Assembly (NCBI GenBank): GCA_947064765.1
Contig: CAMSWH010000001.1
Span: forward strand, 73 to 64,072
DNA: 64,000 bases
Direction: 5' to 3'
Source of the DNA: an uncultured Clostridium sp.
GTDB lineage: Bacteria; Bacillota; Clostridia; TANB77; CAG-508
The notes under the pieces are model-generated. The model was not told where the DNA came from. It made no database searches and worked only from the letters and a program-made list of their open reading frames with translations. Numbering within the stretch: position 1 is the first letter of the stretch; each line of letters opens with the position of its first letter. Position numbers and translations under genes: made by a program. This document shows, piece by piece, positions 62,099 to 64,000 of the stretch.

Positions 62099-62440
62099 TC
62101 CTCTTTTCTGTTTATATAATTTTATTTAATATTTTAAATTTTTCATAATAGTAATTATATCACAACACAATTTTTTTTCAATATAAAAATAAGGAAATAA
62201 AAATATAAAAATAATTATTTTTTATATTTAACAAAAATAGTTAAAAATATAATATATATTAATTTTGAAGCACTGCGTAAGCGATTAAACGAACGAAATG
62301 AGTGCGAAATAGAGCAACCTACATAAAATATTTATTTATAGGTTGCGACAGAAAATTGTAAAAAATTAATATATATTATATTTTTATCAAATTTATAATT
62401 CTAAAAAAGAAGTAATTATATTAATTACTTCTTTTTTTTA

Positions 62441-63319
62441 TTATTTTAAATAAATTGTAGGATTCACAGCAGTCCCATCTTTATACATTTCAAAATGTAA
62501 ATGTGCCTCATCAGCAACTTCAAAACTTGCAGTTTCACCAACAGTACCTATAGTTTGTCCTTTTTCGATTTCTTCATTTTCTGATACAAACTCTGTTGTT
62601 AAAAGATTAGAGTAAACAGTTTTAAATCCATCTTGATGAGCTACTGTAACAGTTAATCCATATCTTGGATCATTTTTTATACTTTCAACAGTTCCAGCTT
62701 CCGCAGATACAACAATACTTGTTTTATCTGCTTTAATATCTATTCCACTATGAGTTGTCCATTCTTCTAAAGTATTAGAATATATTAAAGTATCCATTGC
62801 AAAATCTTTCATAATTTCTCCTGAAGCTGGTGCTACAAATTCTAATTCTTTCTTTTCTTCTACAGTAGTATTTTCTATAGTATTTGTATCTACAACATTT
62901 GTATCAGTAGTATTAGTTACATTTTCCACAACAGATGGTACTGGTGTAGTACTATTTTTTGTACTGTTTTTACTAAAAGTATTTGTATTTATTGCATTCT
63001 TACTAGTATTACTTGTGTTATTAGTTACATTGTTTGTAGAGTTTGCAACACTTTTGTCATCTGTAAAACTTGTTTCTGTAATTTCATTATTAGATACTAT
63101 ATCATTTGCCACCCCTAAGTTTAATAGATTTTCACTTGACTCCTCTTTTAATTTTTTATTATACATAACAAAAATAGTTAAAAATATAACTATAGAAACT
63201 ACTAAAGCTATGCTAAAAGTATAAATTAATTTTTTTAATTTTTCTTCTTCTAAAAAATCTCTTCTTCCCATAATAACCTCCATCTCTTTCGAGTAAATAA
63301 CTATTATAAGTATTTGCAA
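62441..63319 (-). CDS. spoIIQ: M23 (LytM) family peptidase-domain protein, SpoIIQ-like
   Basis: N-terminal TM anchor, a Thr/Asn-rich linker and a C-terminal M23 domain (HSGIDIKA...HLHFEMY). It lies directly downstream of spoIID, as in Clostridia. A bidirectional terminator hairpin is at about 62405-62441. Confidence 0.6.
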   Translation of the reverse strand: MQILIIVIYSKEMEVIMGRRDFLEEEKLKKLIYTFSIALVVSIVIFLTIFVMYNKKLKEESSENLLNLGVANDIVSNNEITETSFTDDKSVANSTNNVTNNTSNTSKNAINTNTFSKNSTKNSTTPVPSVVENVTNTTDTNVVDTNTIENTTVEEKKELEFVAPASGEIMKDFAMDTLIYSNTLEEWTTHSGIDIKADKTSIVVSAEAGTVESIKNDPRYGLTVTVAHQDGFKTVYSNLLTTEFVSENEEIEKGQTIGTVGETASFEVADEAHLHFEMYKDGTAVNPTIYLK

Positions 63320-63330
63320 TTTTTTGAAGA

Positions 63331-64000
63331 TTATTCACTAATTTCCACATCTTTATAATAATATTTTATTATTTCTTCATAATTTCTACCATTTTTAGCT
63401 AAAGTATCACTTCCACATTGACTTAAACCAACACCATGTCCATATCCTACAACATTAAAATTTATAGTACTATCTGAAATTTCAAAATTAAATTTTGCAG
63501 ACTTAAGTCCAAACATACTTCTAGCTTCAACTCCACTCAATTCAGTATTTCCAACAAGTATTTTTTTTACTCTTCCACTATCTGTATATTCTAAAATTTT
63601 TATACATTCAGGATCTTCAAAATTAATTTCAAAACCAGAATATTTTTCTAACATTTTCTGTATTAATACATCTTTAGACACTTGAACTTCTGAACTATAT
63701 GAACTGTAATTTTCTTCTCCTGAACTTTCTACAGTTTTAAAATAAGGAAAATCTCCTCCCCAAACATTTATTGAAAGTTCTGTACTTCCACCACTGTTAC
63801 TATGGAACAAAGCATTAATTGGTTCTCCATTATATAATGCTAGTTTTCCTTTAGTTTCATTTACTGCTTTTACTATTTTATTCCAATATTCCTCTCTTGA
63901 ATTTTCTTCCCATCTTGACAATCTATTTTCTTTTGATATCCAAGCTTGGCAACATAATGAGCTATCACAAACATTTGCATTTTCATGTTTACCACCATTT
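63331..64000 (-). CDS. spoIID: Stage II sporulation protein D (SpoIID/LytB-domain lytic transglycosylase), C-terminal part; the gene continues past the window end
   Basis: ...ALFHSNSGGSTE...VGYGHGVGLSQCG... are SpoIID-domain motifs. The reading frame stays open to position 64000. Confidence 0.8.
   Translation of the reverse strand, partial: NGGKHENANVCDSSLCCQAWISKENRLSRWEENSREEYWNKIVKAVNETKGKLALYNGEPINALFHSNSGGSTELSINVWGGDFPYFKTVESSGEENYSSYSSEVQVSKDVLIQKMLEKYSGFEINFEDPECIKILEYTDSGRVKKILVGNTELSGVEARSMFGLKSAKFNFEISDSTINFNVVGYGHGVGLSQCGSDTLAKNGRNYEEIIKYYYKDVEISE

Noticed and set aside
1-64000. Prophage, integrative element or transposon content
   Set aside because: No integrase/recombinase, transposase, terminase, portal or capsid-like ORFs were seen. 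I recognised no att-like direct repeats flanking the GC-rich islands. tRNAs are present, but no integrase is adjacent.

Overview
This is an AT-rich (about 27-30% GC) chromosomal window from a sporulating Clostridia-like Firmicute. Recognised genes: rpsB and the start of tsf; glyQS and valS, each behind a T-box leader; tRNA-Leu, tRNA-His and tRNA-Gln; spoVT, spoIID and a SpoIIQ-like M23 peptidase; cdaA; truA; nfo; a sortase; a D-Ala-D-Ala carboxypeptidase; an LtaS-like sulfatase. A pyrimidine cluster is present (pyrB-pyrI, and separately pyrC-pyrF-PPC-mutarotase-dcd-like-pyrK-pyrD) with a divergent PyrE-like gene; no canonical pyrE is visible. No integrase, transposase, phage structural gene or CRISPR array was seen. 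The most interesting regions are several patches with clearly elevated GC: (1) a four-gene minus-strand operon at 36539-40652 encoding an AAA+ ATPase (Ycf46-like), two uncharacterised soluble proteins and a MiaB/RimO-type radical-SAM methylthiotransferase-like enzyme lacking a TRAM domain; (2) a two-gene cassette at 23095-25689 encoding unknown proteins of 565 and 188 aa; (3) small isolated GC-rich genes at 2648-3145, 5673-5984 and 48790-49008. Other candidates are a KAP-family P-loop NTPase next to a ComF-like protein downstream of valS, a Spo0A C-terminal-domain paralog with a degenerate receiver domain, an orphan AgrC-type kinase, and a seven-gene array (7643-11705) in which every intergenic spacer is the same roughly 25-nt element. 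dnaE is split into three ORFs by two +1 frameshifts, alaS encodes a 583-aa protein with no C-Ala domain, and a further gene (50283-50796) is broken at an A7 tract.
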